Shown one piece after another: positions 20,637 to 30,821 of a stretch of 64,000 bases of DNA. The notes beneath the pieces are model-generated. The model did no database searches and had not been told where the DNA came from. It saw nothing but the letters and a program-made list of their open reading frames with translations. Source of the stretch: an uncultured Bdellovibrionales bacterium (GTDB taxonomy: Bacteria > Patescibacteriota > Minisyncoccia > Moranbacterales > UBA1568). The stretch is taken from positions 67,308-131,307 of the forward strand of contig CAZGXN010000002.1 in assembly GCA_964530135.1 (NCBI GenBank), written 5' to 3'. Position 1 is the first letter of the stretch, and the number at the start of each line of letters is the position of its first letter. Both the position numbers and the translations under genes were made by a program.

Positions 20637-22064
20637 TCAAGCCTTCGTCGAGAGAAAGCGGACGAGGAGTTGCACGCCAGCGCCAATCGAGCCCTTGGCT
20701 AAATACTCACCTGAGATGCTCGTCATGCGCGGCGCGATATCGATATGCACCCATGGATAGGTTACGAATTGCTTGAGAAAGATAGCCGCCGTAATCGCCC
20801 CGCCCCATTTTGTATTTCCGACATTGCCGATATCGGCATAAGTCCCCTTGATATCCTCAAGATACTCATCCCACAATGGAAGCGGCCATACCGGATCCCC
20901 TACCGCTGTCCCGATGTGGCGAAATTCTCCCTCAAGTTTCTCATTTTCAGTAAACAAAGCTGAGCTCCGCTCTCCCAGAGCCACCACGGCTGAGCCCGTC
21001 AGCGTAGCGATATCTACCACGAGTCGGGGCCGGTATCGAGCCGCCCATGTCAGTGTATCGGCGAGAATAATTCTCCCTTCAGCATCTGTGTCTTGTACCT
21101 CAACAGTTTTACTGGAAAGCGTCCGGATGATATCCCCTGGACGATAACTTTCTCCAGAAAGCATATTTTCCACTGCCGGAACCAGTACGATAATATTTTT
21201 CTTCACCTGCAGCCGAGCACATGCTGCCAGCGTATGAATGACGCTCGCTCCACCGGACATATCCATGTTCATGCCCAATATAGCAGTCGTGGGTTTCAGG
21301 TTGATCCCTCCAGCATCAAAAGTTACCCCTTTCCCGATAAGGACGATTGGCCGCTCACTCGTTTTCCCACCCTGATATTCAAGAATGATAAATCGCGGTT
21401 TTGAAGCAGAACCTTTACCCACCGCTATAATTCCCGCTAGGCCACGACGCTGTATCTCCCGATCATTCCATACGGTTACGCGTACAGGAAGATTCTTCAA
21501 TGCACTCCGAGCATGCCGAGCTAAGAGTGCCGGAGTCATCTCTCCTGCTGGCATGGTCGCAATATGACGGGCACGGTTTGTTTCTTCACCGATGATCTTC
21601 CCCCGTCGAAGTGCCTGGATAATGCGAGGCTTTTGAGCATTCAGGAGGTACATACTTCGAACATGTACAAACCCCTCTGACGGAGGAGTTTTGTATTCTT
21701 CGAACGCGTAGTTCGCCAAAATACTATTTGTACTCAATAACTCTGCGAGCTCTGCTGTCGAAATGTTTCCTGGCCCAGCGATAGACTCAAGCTGCGCAAA
21801 ATCAATGACAAGCACCTTCAAATTTTTTGCATTCGCCACGACGATTATCCGGCGAATAAGGAGGAGGAGCGCCCGTCGAGACAGCTGATTCGTTGTATCA
21901 ACGCCGATTTCTAAAAAACCGCGTCCGACCGCGTCCCTTCGAAAATCCTCACCCTTTTCTGTTCGAAAAATTATTTTGACCGCTGACCGGGGCGGCTTCT
22001 GATTCGTGAGAATACGCATAAAGACCATTCCGTTTAAAAACTCGTACTTCAGTTCGTGCATCAA
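20637..22064 (-). CDS. pepA: Leucyl aminopeptidase (M17 family).
   Basis: M17 signature NTDAEGRL as DTDAEGRIILADTL, plus ...NTKWGGAITAAIFL...; 475 aa. Confidence 0.85.
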   Translation of the reverse strand: MMHELKYEFLNGMVFMRILTNQKPPRSAVKIIFRTEKGEDFRRDAVGRGFLEIGVDTTNQLSRRALLLLIRRIIVVANAKNLKVLVIDFAQLESIAGPGNISTAELAELLSTNSILANYAFEEYKTPPSEGFVHVRSMYLLNAQKPRIIQALRRGKIIGEETNRARHIATMPAGEMTPALLARHARSALKNLPVRVTVWNDREIQRRGLAGIIAVGKGSASKPRFIILEYQGGKTSERPIVLIGKGVTFDAGGINLKPTTAILGMNMDMSGGASVIHTLAACARLQVKKNIIVLVPAVENMLSGESYRPGDIIRTLSSKTVEVQDTDAEGRIILADTLTWAARYRPRLVVDIATLTGSAVVALGERSSALFTENEKLEGEFRHIGTAVGDPVWPLPLWDEYLEDIKGTYADIGNVGNTKWGGAITAAIFLKQFVTYPWVHIDIAPRMTSISGEYLAKGSIGAGVQLLVRFLSTKA

Positions 22065-22276
22065 TCCACTCTGTCCGTTTAGGGCAATATACCCTCTCCA
22101 ATCAACCTGATTCTGACCGTCCCCAATGATTACACCCTCACGGTGTTACCAACAAAAACAGCACCCAAACAATCCAGTTACTAGCCAACCAAAAAGCCGT
22201 GCTTGTATTGTATCACTTACCCGATTTTTCCCTCAAAAATGAGGTATTTTTCATCTACTCCCCCACGCTCTCGGTT

Positions 22277-23488
22277 TTATAGATACTTCCTCCCTGTCAG
22301 TTTTTTGGGAAGATACTCCTGGGCTGCTTCAGCAGCGTCCTGATAGTCTGGGGTGTACTTATAACCCTTGCCGTAGTCGAGAGATTTCATGAGTTTGGTT
22401 GGCGCATTTCGGAGATGCAGTGGCACGGGCTCATTGGGAAATGCGACGATGTCTGCCTTGACCTTTGCGGAGGCAGTGTAGAGTACATTTGATTTCTTGG
22501 ATCGTGTGAGATAAACGACCGCTTGGGCCAGATTCACTGAGCACTCAGGCATACCGATATACTGGCATGCCTGGTACGCTGCGATGGCTTGAGGAAGGGC
22601 AAATGAATTTCCCAGCCCGACATCTTCTGATGCAAACCGGACGAGCCGGCGAGCAACAAAAAGCGGATCTTCTCCGGCTTCCAACATACGGCCGAGCCAG
22701 TAAAGTGCCGCATCGGCATCGCCGCCGCGCATGGATTTGTGGAGTGCCGAAATGATATTGTAATGTTCTTCACCGTCTTTGTCATAAAGGAGGTGCGGGT
22801 GCTCCACCACGCGTTCGACAAGCTCGGGTGTGATTGATTTCCCGAGACTGGCGCACGCTTCGAGCATATTGTATGCCGCACGGGCATCGCCACCCGAGAG
22901 TGCCGCAATATACTGTAGTGCTCTTGGGTCAGCCTTCACTTTCTTCTGTTTCAAAACTTCATCTCGAGTGATCGCCGCTTTGAGGAGAGACTCAACATGC
23001 TCGGGCTCATGCTTGTCCAAAACAAGGACACGCATACGCGAAAGGAGGGCAGCATTCACCTCAAAACTTGGATTTTCAGTCGTCGCACCAATAAGAGTAA
23101 TCGTCCCATCCTCGACATGGGGCAGGAGTGCATCCTGTTGTGACTTATTCCAGCGATGGATCTCGTCAACAAAGAGAAGTGTCCGTGCGCCGAGCCGCCC
23201 TGTCGCTTTTGCTCCTTCGACGATGCGCTGAATCTCTTTCTTGCCACTCTCGACTGCCGAGAGCTGAAGAAAATGCGACTGAGTCTCGAGCGCGATGAGC
23301 CGCGCGAGGGTCGTCTTGCCACTCCCTGGCGGCCCCCAAAAGAGCAGTGATGGGACCCGATCTTGACTGATAGCATGTCGCAAAAAAGACCCGACTCCCA
23401 GAATCTTCTCCTGACCGATGAAATCAGTTAGTTGTTTCGGGCGCATCCGTTCAGCCAGGGGCGAAAGCGCAGATGCTTCAGTTTCCAT
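22277..23488 (-). CDS. rarA: Replication-associated recombination protein A (AAA+ ATPase RarA/MgsA).
   Basis: LLFWGPPGSGKTTLARLIA Walker A, LLFVDEIHRWNKSQQDALLPHVE, C-terminal MgsA domain. Confidence 0.9.
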   Translation of the reverse strand: METEASALSPLAERMRPKQLTDFIGQEKILGVGSFLRHAISQDRVPSLLFWGPPGSGKTTLARLIALETQSHFLQLSAVESGKKEIQRIVEGAKATGRLGARTLLFVDEIHRWNKSQQDALLPHVEDGTITLIGATTENPSFEVNAALLSRMRVLVLDKHEPEHVESLLKAAITRDEVLKQKKVKADPRALQYIAALSGGDARAAYNMLEACASLGKSITPELVERVVEHPHLLYDKDGEEHYNIISALHKSMRGGDADAALYWLGRMLEAGEDPLFVARRLVRFASEDVGLGNSFALPQAIAAYQACQYIGMPECSVNLAQAVVYLTRSKKSNVLYTASAKVKADIVAFPNEPVPLHLRNAPTKLMKSLDYGKGYKYTPDYQDAAEAAQEYLPKKLTGRKYL

Positions 23489-23490
23489 AG

Positions 23491-24294
23491 TTAAAGCGAG
23501 ACTGCGGTCTCAGAAAAAACGAGCGAGAGACCAACTGGACAGTGATCAGAGCCAGGTACATCCGAAAGAATAATAGCCTCCTTCATATTGGCTTCCAGAC
23601 TCTTGTCGACGAAGAAATAGTCAATCCGCCAACCGACATTGCGTTCACGAGAACGCGTTTTCATATCCCACCATGTATAGGCCACTTCCCGCGGATGAAA
23701 ATGGCGATAAGCATCGATAAATCCAACTGCAAGAAGTTTATCGATCCATTCGCGCTCCATCGGCATGAAGCCGGATGTCTTCTCATTCTCTTTCGGTCGA
23801 GCAAGATCGATCTCTTGGTGCGCAGTGTTCACATCGCCGCAGAGCACGATCTTCTTCCCCTGACTCCGGAGATGTGTGAGGTAGTGGAGAAATTCGTCAT
23901 AGAATTGCATTTTGTATTGAAGCCGAAGCTCACCCGACCCACCATTGGGAAAGTAAACATTGATCAGTGTAAAATGACGGAACTCCATCTCGATCACCCG
24001 ACCTTCGCGGGAAAGGAGATTATCACCGAAAAATGTCTTCACAGCAAATGGTTTTTTCTTCACATAGATACCGACACCACTATAGCCTTTCTTTTCTGTC
24101 GAGCAGCTGAAGTAACTCATATACCCATCCGGATTCCGAAGCTCTTCGGTCAACTGATCAGGATCACTGATCTTTGTTTCTTGGACCGCAACAATAGGAA
24201 ATTTTCCCTGCTGCATCCAAGCGATGAAATCTTTCTTGCCAGCCGAGCGAAGTCCGTTGACATTCCAGGAGATAAGGGTGTAGTGCTCTTGCAT
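23491..24294 (-). CDS. xth: Exodeoxyribonuclease III.
   Basis: LISWNVNGLRSA...VAVQETK... EEP fold nuclease, 267 aa. Confidence 0.9.
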   Translation of the reverse strand: MQEHYTLISWNVNGLRSAGKKDFIAWMQQGKFPIVAVQETKISDPDQLTEELRNPDGYMSYFSCSTEKKGYSGVGIYVKKKPFAVKTFFGDNLLSREGRVIEMEFRHFTLINVYFPNGGSGELRLQYKMQFYDEFLHYLTHLRSQGKKIVLCGDVNTAHQEIDLARPKENEKTSGFMPMEREWIDKLLAVGFIDAYRHFHPREVAYTWWDMKTRSRERNVGWRIDYFFVDKSLEANMKEAIILSDVPGSDHCPVGLSLVFSETAVSL

Positions 24295-24314
24295 AAAATG
24301 GATATCGGATTCCT

Positions 24315-25544
24315 CTATCCTAGCATTTCCGAGCCAGTGCTAAAAGCGGCTTTTGAGAGACCCTTATTGGATGTAGGCGCTTTGCCGATCAGGTGCTCTC
24401 GGCCGGACAGCCGGAGGACGAGATGATCGAGTTCGGTATAACGCCGTTTCTTTTCATGGATATCAACGTCATTATCCATCTTGAGTGCCGCCGTACCGTG
24501 ACGCGGCGAGTACCAAGCGATGAATGCCTTTACAAATTTCACCCGCCTGGCGATATCCATAGTAGCCTCAAAGTCCTCCCTAGTCTCACCCGGAAAACCA
24601 ACGATGATATCCGTCGTAAACTGGACATCGGGCACTTTTGCCCGAATCCGGTCGATGAGTGCTAAATACTCATCGCGTGTATACCACCGATTCATTGCTT
24701 TGATAATCTTGTCACTGCCCGCCTGAATGGGGAGGTGCAGCAATCGATCAATATTTGAATGTCGGGCAATAACCTCAATCAACTCATCTGAGAAATCCCA
24801 TGGATTCGCCGAGAGAAACATCACCTTCTCTACCCCGGAAGTCTCAGCAACCGCCTCGAGGAGATATGTGAAAAGGGTTGGGATACGATGTCGACCCAGG
24901 TGTTTTACCATTACTGGTTTCACTCGTTTTCCATCCGGTAGCGCATACTGAGAACCAGTCCGCATTGTTTCCATCAATAAATCGGCACCGTACGAATTCA
25001 CATTTTGACCCAAAAGTAATATTTCCGTCTTGCCATTTTTTACCGCCTCACGTACTTCATGGAGTATCTCATCAAACGGTCGTGACCGCTCTTTGCCGCG
25101 CGAAAACGGAACGATGCAGAAGGCGCAAAAATTATTACAGCCATTTGAAATAACGACTGAAGCCATTTTTCCCGTGTTCCGTTTCGGTGCGTGTTCAAAT
25201 CCCACATCTTCCATCGGAAGAAATAACTCATTCGGAAGACGCTCTCTCATGCGTTTCATGAGTTTTCCTGACGGTTCCCGTGCTGCCGCACCGACCAGAC
25301 AGCCCGTAATCACAATTTGCAGATCTTCAGGTCCGCGTTTCGATTTTTCACGAAGATTTTGAACCAGGCCATAGACCCGCTCTTCGGCCCGATCACGAAC
25401 GATACAGGTATTTACAATGAGTGTATCGGCTTCCTCGATACTCTCGGCCGAGACAAAGCCGCGAGCTTCATACTGGCTCGCGATGCGCTCCGAATCAGCC
25501 GTGTTCTGCTGGCAACCAAAGGTCTGAATAAAGTATTTTTTCAT
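24315..25544 (-). CDS. miaB: MiaB-like tRNA methylthiotransferase (radical SAM MTTase).
   Basis: N-terminal MTTase domain MKKYFIQTFGCQQN, radical-SAM CNNFCAFC cluster motif, TRAM-like C-terminus. Confidence 0.75.
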   Translation of the reverse strand: MKKYFIQTFGCQQNTADSERIASQYEARGFVSAESIEEADTLIVNTCIVRDRAEERVYGLVQNLREKSKRGPEDLQIVITGCLVGAAAREPSGKLMKRMRERLPNELFLPMEDVGFEHAPKRNTGKMASVVISNGCNNFCAFCIVPFSRGKERSRPFDEILHEVREAVKNGKTEILLLGQNVNSYGADLLMETMRTGSQYALPDGKRVKPVMVKHLGRHRIPTLFTYLLEAVAETSGVEKVMFLSANPWDFSDELIEVIARHSNIDRLLHLPIQAGSDKIIKAMNRWYTRDEYLALIDRIRAKVPDVQFTTDIIVGFPGETREDFEATMDIARRVKFVKAFIAWYSPRHGTAALKMDNDVDIHEKKRRYTELDHLVLRLSGREHLIGKAPTSNKGLSKAAFSTGSEMLG

Positions 25545-25699
25545 AGTGCAAGCATGTGGAAAGCTAGCACAGCATACCCGGTTCTCGGGCTTCTTTCAAG
25601 TAGCTCTGTAATTTCCTTCCATTCCCATGACCAAACATCCCGAGATACAAATCAGTCAGAGCCAAAAGAAGTTTCCACCATACGCTTCTATATTGAGCA

Positions 25700-25745
25700 A
25701 AACAAAAACCCTTGGTTACTACATGGTAGTTTCCAAGGGTCCAAG
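25700..25745 (-). terminator. Rho-independent terminator of the hypothetical gene 25796..26518.
   Basis: Minus-strand cccttggaaactac-cat-gtagtaaccaaggg hairpin followed by tttttgttttgc. Confidence 0.45.
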
Positions 25746-25795
25746 AGTCTAAGTGTCCAAGAGTCTTTTGCCTAATGGACTGAAGGGTCAAATCA

Positions 25796-26518
25796 TCACA
25801 GGGCTGCGTTGCCTGGGCAGAGAACCTGGTCGTCAGCATGCCAGCGGCCAAACTCGTCGATCTTCCAGACGTTGACGCGCCACCGGCGGTCGTCGGAGTC
25901 CCGGCGGACACCCACGGCGAAGACAACACCTCCTTTGCCCTCGACATAGAAGATGTTCGCGGAGCCGTTGTTGAGGAGCAAACCCGACTGGCCGCCCGGC
26001 TGTGCCTCGATCAAGGCTGCGATGTCTTCCAGCGTGGAGAGGTGGTTTTCCGGCAGTTCCTCCCTGATGTCTCGGTCGTAGGCGTTCGCTTTGAGGAGCG
26101 AGGCTACATAGGGACATGCCGGGGTCGAATCCACCGTCTGCCTGGCGTGGATGTCGAGGCGATCGGCGAAGGTGTCGTGGATGTAGAGGCCGGTGCCGGT
26201 CTGGTAGAACGCCGCCGCATTGAAGGGCTTGGTTCTCGCCGGAACGGTTGACTTGCCGACAGGCTTGAGGAGCCGGGTTTCAGCGAGCACGGGATATTGA
26301 GAATCTCGCCTCTTCAAGATACCAACAATCGCTTGTTGCATTTCTGCCTTGATCTCACCAAAGTGCTCAATGGCACACCGGGCACCATCTTTGCTCAGTT
26401 TTGCGTCAACGATGGCTAAAAAGGCGACATTGGGCGTGGCATCTTCAAGGAGACGCTGCAGTTCCTTTTCATGGTCTTGCATGATCGACTGAGTCGTCAT
26501 CGCAGTCTCCTTGCCCAT
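25796..26518 (-). CDS. Hypothetical protein; the 3' two-thirds of the gene is a high-GC island.
   Basis: Longest ORF in the region; own promoter-like region and terminator; antisense ORFs (e.g. 25838..26251+) are typical GC-rich shadows. Confidence 0.5.
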   Translation of the reverse strand: MGKETAMTTQSIMQDHEKELQRLLEDATPNVAFLAIVDAKLSKDGARCAIEHFGEIKAEMQQAIVGILKRRDSQYPVLAETRLLKPVGKSTVPARTKPFNAAAFYQTGTGLYIHDTFADRLDIHARQTVDSTPACPYVASLLKANAYDRDIREELPENHLSTLEDIAALIEAQPGGQSGLLLNNGSANIFYVEGKGGVVFAVGVRRDSDDRRWRVNVWKIDEFGRWHADDQVLCPGNAAL

Positions 26519-26539
26519 AGCCTAACCAAAGTGGTTAAG

Positions 26540-26617
26540 TTTGCCAGAGCGAAGAAGCTTCTCTTTCCCAACTAAGAGATCGAATCTCCAAATAAAAAAA
26601 CCTCTTCGCTCTGGCAA
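26540..26617. promoter_or_regulatory. Imperfect inverted repeat between rlmN and the hypothetical gene (operator or attenuator candidate).
   Basis: gccagagcgaagaag ... cctcttcgctctggc separated by ~45 nt, including an A7 run. Confidence 0.3.
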
Positions 26618-26789
26618 CTTGATTGGTTTTTAATGAACGATGTATTATACACTTTTTTACGATTGTGTCTAGAGTAATAATACGGCTCGAACAAGTCTCT
26701 CTTTCTTTTCACTCAGTCTCTTGCAGTCTCAACTTATTTCCTTTCAAATCTCTATTATCCATACAGTCGGAGGAATAGGCTGAGATGAT

Positions 26790-27836
26790 TTATGAGGCTT
26801 TCTTCTCGACAATGAGCTGGCCGCAAGCGGCAGCAATATCCGCACCCATGGTGCGACGACGAGTGACATCCAAGTGACCATCACTCAATTTCTTTTCAAA
26901 AGCAATCAAAGCCGAACTCACACTCGTAGCATAGTGGCTCTTGGTATCATTATAAGGAATGAGGTTAATCTTTACCTTGCCGACTTTTCGAGCAAAGGCG
27001 ATAAGCTTGTCAGCGTGTGCCGGTGTATCATTGATGCCGGCCAACATGATGTACTCAAAGGTCAGGTGCCGCCGGCGACTTTCAAATTTCACAAAATACT
27101 CCTGTGTCCATTGTGCGAGGTCTTCGAGAAATTTTGGATATGACGAAGGCATAATATTTGTTCGCGTCTTTGCATCAGCGCTATGCAGTGATATCGCCAA
27201 GCGAACAGGCGGCCAAGCCTCGTCCATAAGAAGTTTGCGTAACATCGGGATCAGTCCAACTGTCGAGACCGTCAGCCGTGTTGGGCCCATATCGGTATAT
27301 GCGAGAAAAGTCTGGAGTGAAACTTTCACGTTCTCATAGTTCGCCAACGGCTCCCCCATCCCCATATAGACGACATTACTGATACGCTGTTCCAAATCAT
27401 GCCGTCCATTGAGAAAGTACAGCCAGAATCGATACTGATCGACAATCTCATCAGCCGTGAGGTTGCGTGTAAAGCCCATCTTACCAGTCGCACAAAAGGT
27501 GCAGGCCATAGCGCAGCCGACTTGGGAGGATACGCATATACTCCAGAATCCCCGAGCATTCTGCATCAGGACGGTCTCGATGCGTTTGCCATCAACCGTC
27601 TCGAGAACAGCCTTGAAGGTATCGAGTTTCACGCTTTGCAGTAATGCTACCTGCGTGAGTGTAAGCCAGGGTACTTGCTCAGAAAGCTTTCCTCTCCAGT
27701 CTTTTGGTAAAACAGTAATGGCATCCCATTGTTGCCAATCTGGACGAAACAAGGCCGCCTCCGCTTGTCGGAGACGAAAAGCAGGGGCTCCATCAAAGAG
27801 ACGCAGCAACATGGTTGAACGCATTTCCATAGGCAA
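26790..27836 (-). CDS. rlmN: 23S rRNA/tRNA (adenine-C2)-methyltransferase RlmN (radical SAM).
   Basis: SICVSSQVGCAMACTFCATGKMGFTRNLTADEIVDQ... and C-terminal conserved Cys. Confidence 0.9.
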   Translation of the reverse strand: MPMEMRSTMLLRLFDGAPAFRLRQAEAALFRPDWQQWDAITVLPKDWRGKLSEQVPWLTLTQVALLQSVKLDTFKAVLETVDGKRIETVLMQNARGFWSICVSSQVGCAMACTFCATGKMGFTRNLTADEIVDQYRFWLYFLNGRHDLEQRISNVVYMGMGEPLANYENVKVSLQTFLAYTDMGPTRLTVSTVGLIPMLRKLLMDEAWPPVRLAISLHSADAKTRTNIMPSSYPKFLEDLAQWTQEYFVKFESRRRHLTFEYIMLAGINDTPAHADKLIAFARKVGKVKINLIPYNDTKSHYATSVSSALIAFEKKLSDGHLDVTRRRTMGADIAAACGQLIVEKKAS

Positions 27837-27886
27837 GATTCACAGTACTCTACCCTGTCTGAAGGATGACGTCAATACCAAAAAGA

Positions 27887-28222
27887 TTAGCGCTCTTTTT
27901 TCCTGGCACCAGCAAATAAGTCTCGGCTCGTTTCTGTAACCGCTGTATGCCTCTGACGATCTTGATCAAGGTTTTCCAAAACTTCAAGAAATTTCTTTTC
28001 CTGAAAAGCTGTTTCTTTCGCCGTCGTTTCGAGATAAGCCCTCCGTTCACTCTCTGTCCATTGATAACGATACAAATCACGATTCCACTGATACATCAAA
28101 AAACCTGTCAGACCAAGGAAAAGTAAGCTAAAGAGGAGACGGTAGTGACGCATCCAAAAATAGAGCCCTCGCTTCCGAGCCGATGCAAACGATATTCGAT
28201 TTAAAGAAAATTTTATAGTCAT
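27887..28222 (-). CDS. Hypothetical small bitopic protein at the distal end of the pilus locus.
   Basis: Start at the internal MTIKFS; one TM (LLFSLLFLGLTGFLMY) plus a charged coiled-coil tail. Confidence 0.35.
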   Translation of the reverse strand: MTIKFSLNRISFASARKRGLYFWMRHYRLLFSLLFLGLTGFLMYQWNRDLYRYQWTESERRAYLETTAKETAFQEKKFLEVLENLDQDRQRHTAVTETSRDLFAGARKKER

Positions 28223-28223
28223 G

Positions 28224-28988
28224 TTAGTCTTGTATGTATACGACTGTTTCCAATACCGCATCCAACTGATCAGTTTTTGGCATCGGGGGAGGAGTAACGC
28301 TTTCAGGCAATTCCCCAAAAGGATTGAATGTCCCCGCTCCGGAGGAAACCCGATCACCTTCTTCTGGCTGAACCTTTATGTCTAAACTAATCACATCCAA
28401 CGCATAGGGAAGCGTCTCAAGATGCCGTAAATAACGGATAATCATCCCATATTCGCCTGAGACGGTCATCGTTAATTTCAAGAATTTTTTCAGTGGCAAT
28501 TCAGCAATAATACCGGTTCCCTTATCAGTGCCCCCACCCTTCTTGACTGGTGCAACCGAATCTTCTGTCTCTTTTTCTCCCGAAACTGGTTGCTTGGATC
28601 CATTTGCCTTTTCCTTTTCATTGACAATCGTTACCTTACTCTCGAGAAAAGCATTGTCGCGAGATTCGATCTTGATAGTCACACCATCAGCTAAAGCCTG
28701 CTGTTCAAGCGTTTCGATAAAATCGACCAACCGCTCTTTCGTGAGGATAATATTCAACCGATCTTTTTGCTCGCTGATGAGCGCATGTTGAGCCTCGAGT
28801 TCAGGCAAACGCTCAAGCTGCTTCTCCCGATACTCCCGAATCACGGAGAGTTTCTGGATATCATCCATTTTTATCTGAATAGTCGTGAGCAGCGGGCGAA
28901 TGCCAAACCAGGCAATCAGACAAATAATACCCAAGAGAATGCCTTGCATAACTATCGGTTTCATTTTTTCCCACATTGGATTCGACAT
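28224..28988 (-). CDS. pilO: Type IV pilus assembly protein PilO-like.
   Basis: Start at MSNPMWEKMK; N-terminal TM, coiled coil, C-terminal globular domain; position after pilN. Confidence 0.55.
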   Translation of the reverse strand: MSNPMWEKMKPIVMQGILLGIICLIAWFGIRPLLTTIQIKMDDIQKLSVIREYREKQLERLPELEAQHALISEQKDRLNIILTKERLVDFIETLEQQALADGVTIKIESRDNAFLESKVTIVNEKEKANGSKQPVSGEKETEDSVAPVKKGGGTDKGTGIIAELPLKKFLKLTMTVSGEYGMIIRYLRHLETLPYALDVISLDIKVQPEEGDRVSSGAGTFNPFGELPESVTPPPMPKTDQLDAVLETVVYIQD

Positions 28989-28992
28989 AGCA

Positions 28993-29556
28993 TTAGGACT
29001 GAATGAGACACTCTTTTTTGAGTTTAAAATCGACCTGAAAATCAACTTCTTTTTGTGAGAAAAGATTAGAAATAGGGACCCGCACATCACTCACACACCC
29101 CTCCTCTTTCAACGCATTTTCGAAACGGAGAAATTGTTCCCGAATTTCGGCCTGACCAATGATGGAAACCGTGTAGTCCTTGGTTGTAATACGCACAATA
29201 ACAACTCCATCCGGGGTAAGTTTGTGAAGTAATTCTGGCAGAACGCTCCAGCGGAGGTGTGCCTTCTGATACCGACTGACACTGTCTGTTTGCATATTTA
29301 TTTTCTTGAACTCCTCCTGATATGCAACGAGTTTCTTGGCCTCCTCACTAAACTGCTCAAATGTAGAGAGTCCTTCGCGCCCGACATTTTCCTGATACTT
29401 CAGGATTGTATAGATTCCTCCCAACATCGCAACATAATAGAGCTCGAGCAATAAAATAAGCGTCGTTTGCCACAAAAAGAAACGACTGCGAAATTTTCGC
29501 ACCAAAGCCTCCTTCTTCAACTCTGGTAAAACATTAAGTAAGATCTTCATATTCAT
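28993..29556 (-). CDS. pilN: Type IV pilus assembly protein PilN-like.
   Basis: ~190 aa, N-terminal KILLNVLPELKKEALVRKFRSRFF... plus TM, typical PilN. Confidence 0.6.
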   Translation of the reverse strand: MNMKILLNVLPELKKEALVRKFRSRFFLWQTTLILLLELYYVAMLGGIYTILKYQENVGREGLSTFEQFSEEAKKLVAYQEEFKKINMQTDSVSRYQKAHLRWSVLPELLHKLTPDGVVIVRITTKDYTVSIIGQAEIREQFLRFENALKEEGCVSDVRVPISNLFSQKEVDFQVDFKLKKECLIQS

Positions 29557-30628
29557 CGAGGCCCCGAAGTGCGAGACCAATAGCGGTTGAGTACTGTACC
29601 GAATGCCCTCGATCGATAGGTGGGAGTGTTCGCCCCAGTCTGATATTCACCCAAGGATTGCCAAACTCTATGGATTGATTGAGCCGTTTTGTGAGGTATG
29701 GCAGGAGACCTTTCATGTTTGAACCGCCGCCACATAAGACAATATTATCAATCGTAGCTGAATATCCAAGATTATTCAGATAAAAATTCGTCGAACGCTC
29801 GATCTCAATAGCCAGATTCTCAAGGATCGGTTGAGCAGCCTTAAAAAGTGGGCTCTTCATAGCGAGTGAACCAAGTCCGTATTTTATTTTCATTGCCTCT
29901 GCCTCCTCGAATGGGACGCGCATTTCTTTTGAAATAGCATCGGTGATCATTTGCGAAGACAATGGAACACTTGAGGTGAAGCATGGCGTATGACCAATCG
30001 CCACGAGAAAACTTGTCCGTCGATCACCAATATCCACAATGAGGCGAGTTTTATCTTCATCTTTGTCGAGCAACAGACTCCGCGCCTGAGCAATCGACTC
30101 TGTCTCCAGACCAACCACTTCAAGGCCAACTTTCTCAAGTACGGTGTAAATCTGATCCACCATTGAACGGGCAACTGCTACCACGAGCACACTCATTTTA
30201 TTTTTCTCCTTAACAAGTTTTTTGTCCAAAATTTGGTAATCATAGTACACCTGATCAAGTGTCAGTGGAATATTGGCTTCAATTTCCCATTTGATAGCTT
30301 CTTTGGCTTCATCGGGCGACATGATTGGCAGTGAGACCACCCGAAGGAAAGCTTTCGTTTCCGGTAGTGAACAAATTACTTCCCGGGTCTTGATGGGTCT
30401 CGGTATCGTCTTATTCAAAAGATCTTTGAGAGACTGCACGACCACAGCTTCATTAATAATGTCTCCATCAACGATACTTCCGATGGCCAGCGGGACCGAG
30501 CCAAAACTCGAAACAACATCTGTCTTCCCCTCACGCTCTAGCCAAACGGCTTTGATAGAGAGGTCAGACAAGTCCAGACCAAACGGTTGGGGAAAGAGAT
30601 CAAATATCTTCTTCCGAAATAAATTCAT
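29534..30628 (-). CDS. pilM: Type IV pilus assembly protein PilM (actin-like ATPase fold).
   Basis: MNLFRKKIFDLFPQPFGLDLSDLSIKAV... PilM N-terminus, ~365 aa, FtsA-like. Confidence 0.7.
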   Translation of the reverse strand: MNLFRKKIFDLFPQPFGLDLSDLSIKAVWLEREGKTDVVSSFGSVPLAIGSIVDGDIINEAVVVQSLKDLLNKTIPRPIKTREVICSLPETKAFLRVVSLPIMSPDEAKEAIKWEIEANIPLTLDQVYYDYQILDKKLVKEKNKMSVLVVAVARSMVDQIYTVLEKVGLEVVGLETESIAQARSLLLDKDEDKTRLIVDIGDRRTSFLVAIGHTPCFTSSVPLSSQMITDAISKEMRVPFEEAEAMKIKYGLGSLAMKSPLFKAAQPILENLAIEIERSTNFYLNNLGYSATIDNIVLCGGGSNMKGLLPYLTKRLNQSIEFGNPWVNIRLGRTLPPIDRGHSVQYSTAIGLALRGLDEYEDLT

Positions 30629-30752
30629 ACTGAATTTTTGGTGTCTTGATGTTTTTATTACCAAACCGGTCGAGCGAGAGGTGTTTTCATTTCCGAACGA
30701 AGTACCAGCGAAATGAGAAGCGCTTCACCAGACATCTCAGGAAACAAATAAC

Positions 30753-30795
30753 CCACACAAACAGAACGCTCCTCACAACACACGATTCATGAGTG
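30753..30795 (-). terminator. Inverted repeat between the pilX-like and pilM genes (terminator or attenuator candidate).
   Basis: acagaacgctc...gagtgttctgt 11/12 IR; on the minus strand it is followed by a T-rich ttgtgtgggttatttgtttcc. Confidence 0.3.
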
Positions 30796-30821
30796 TTCTG
30801 TTTCTATCATAGCATGCACCA

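Noticed and set aside
22190-22260. Hairpin cctcaaaaatgagg followed by T-run in the rarA-pepA intergenic region.
   Set aside because: It is oriented as a plus-strand terminator, but no plus-strand gene precedes it. On the minus strand it lacks a trailing T-tract, so this is probably a coincidence.
25838-26251. 137-aa plus-strand ORF and several other overlapping ORFs inside the GC-rich island.
   Set aside because: These are typical high-GC antisense open frames. The minus-strand 240-aa ORF is the longest and has expression signals.
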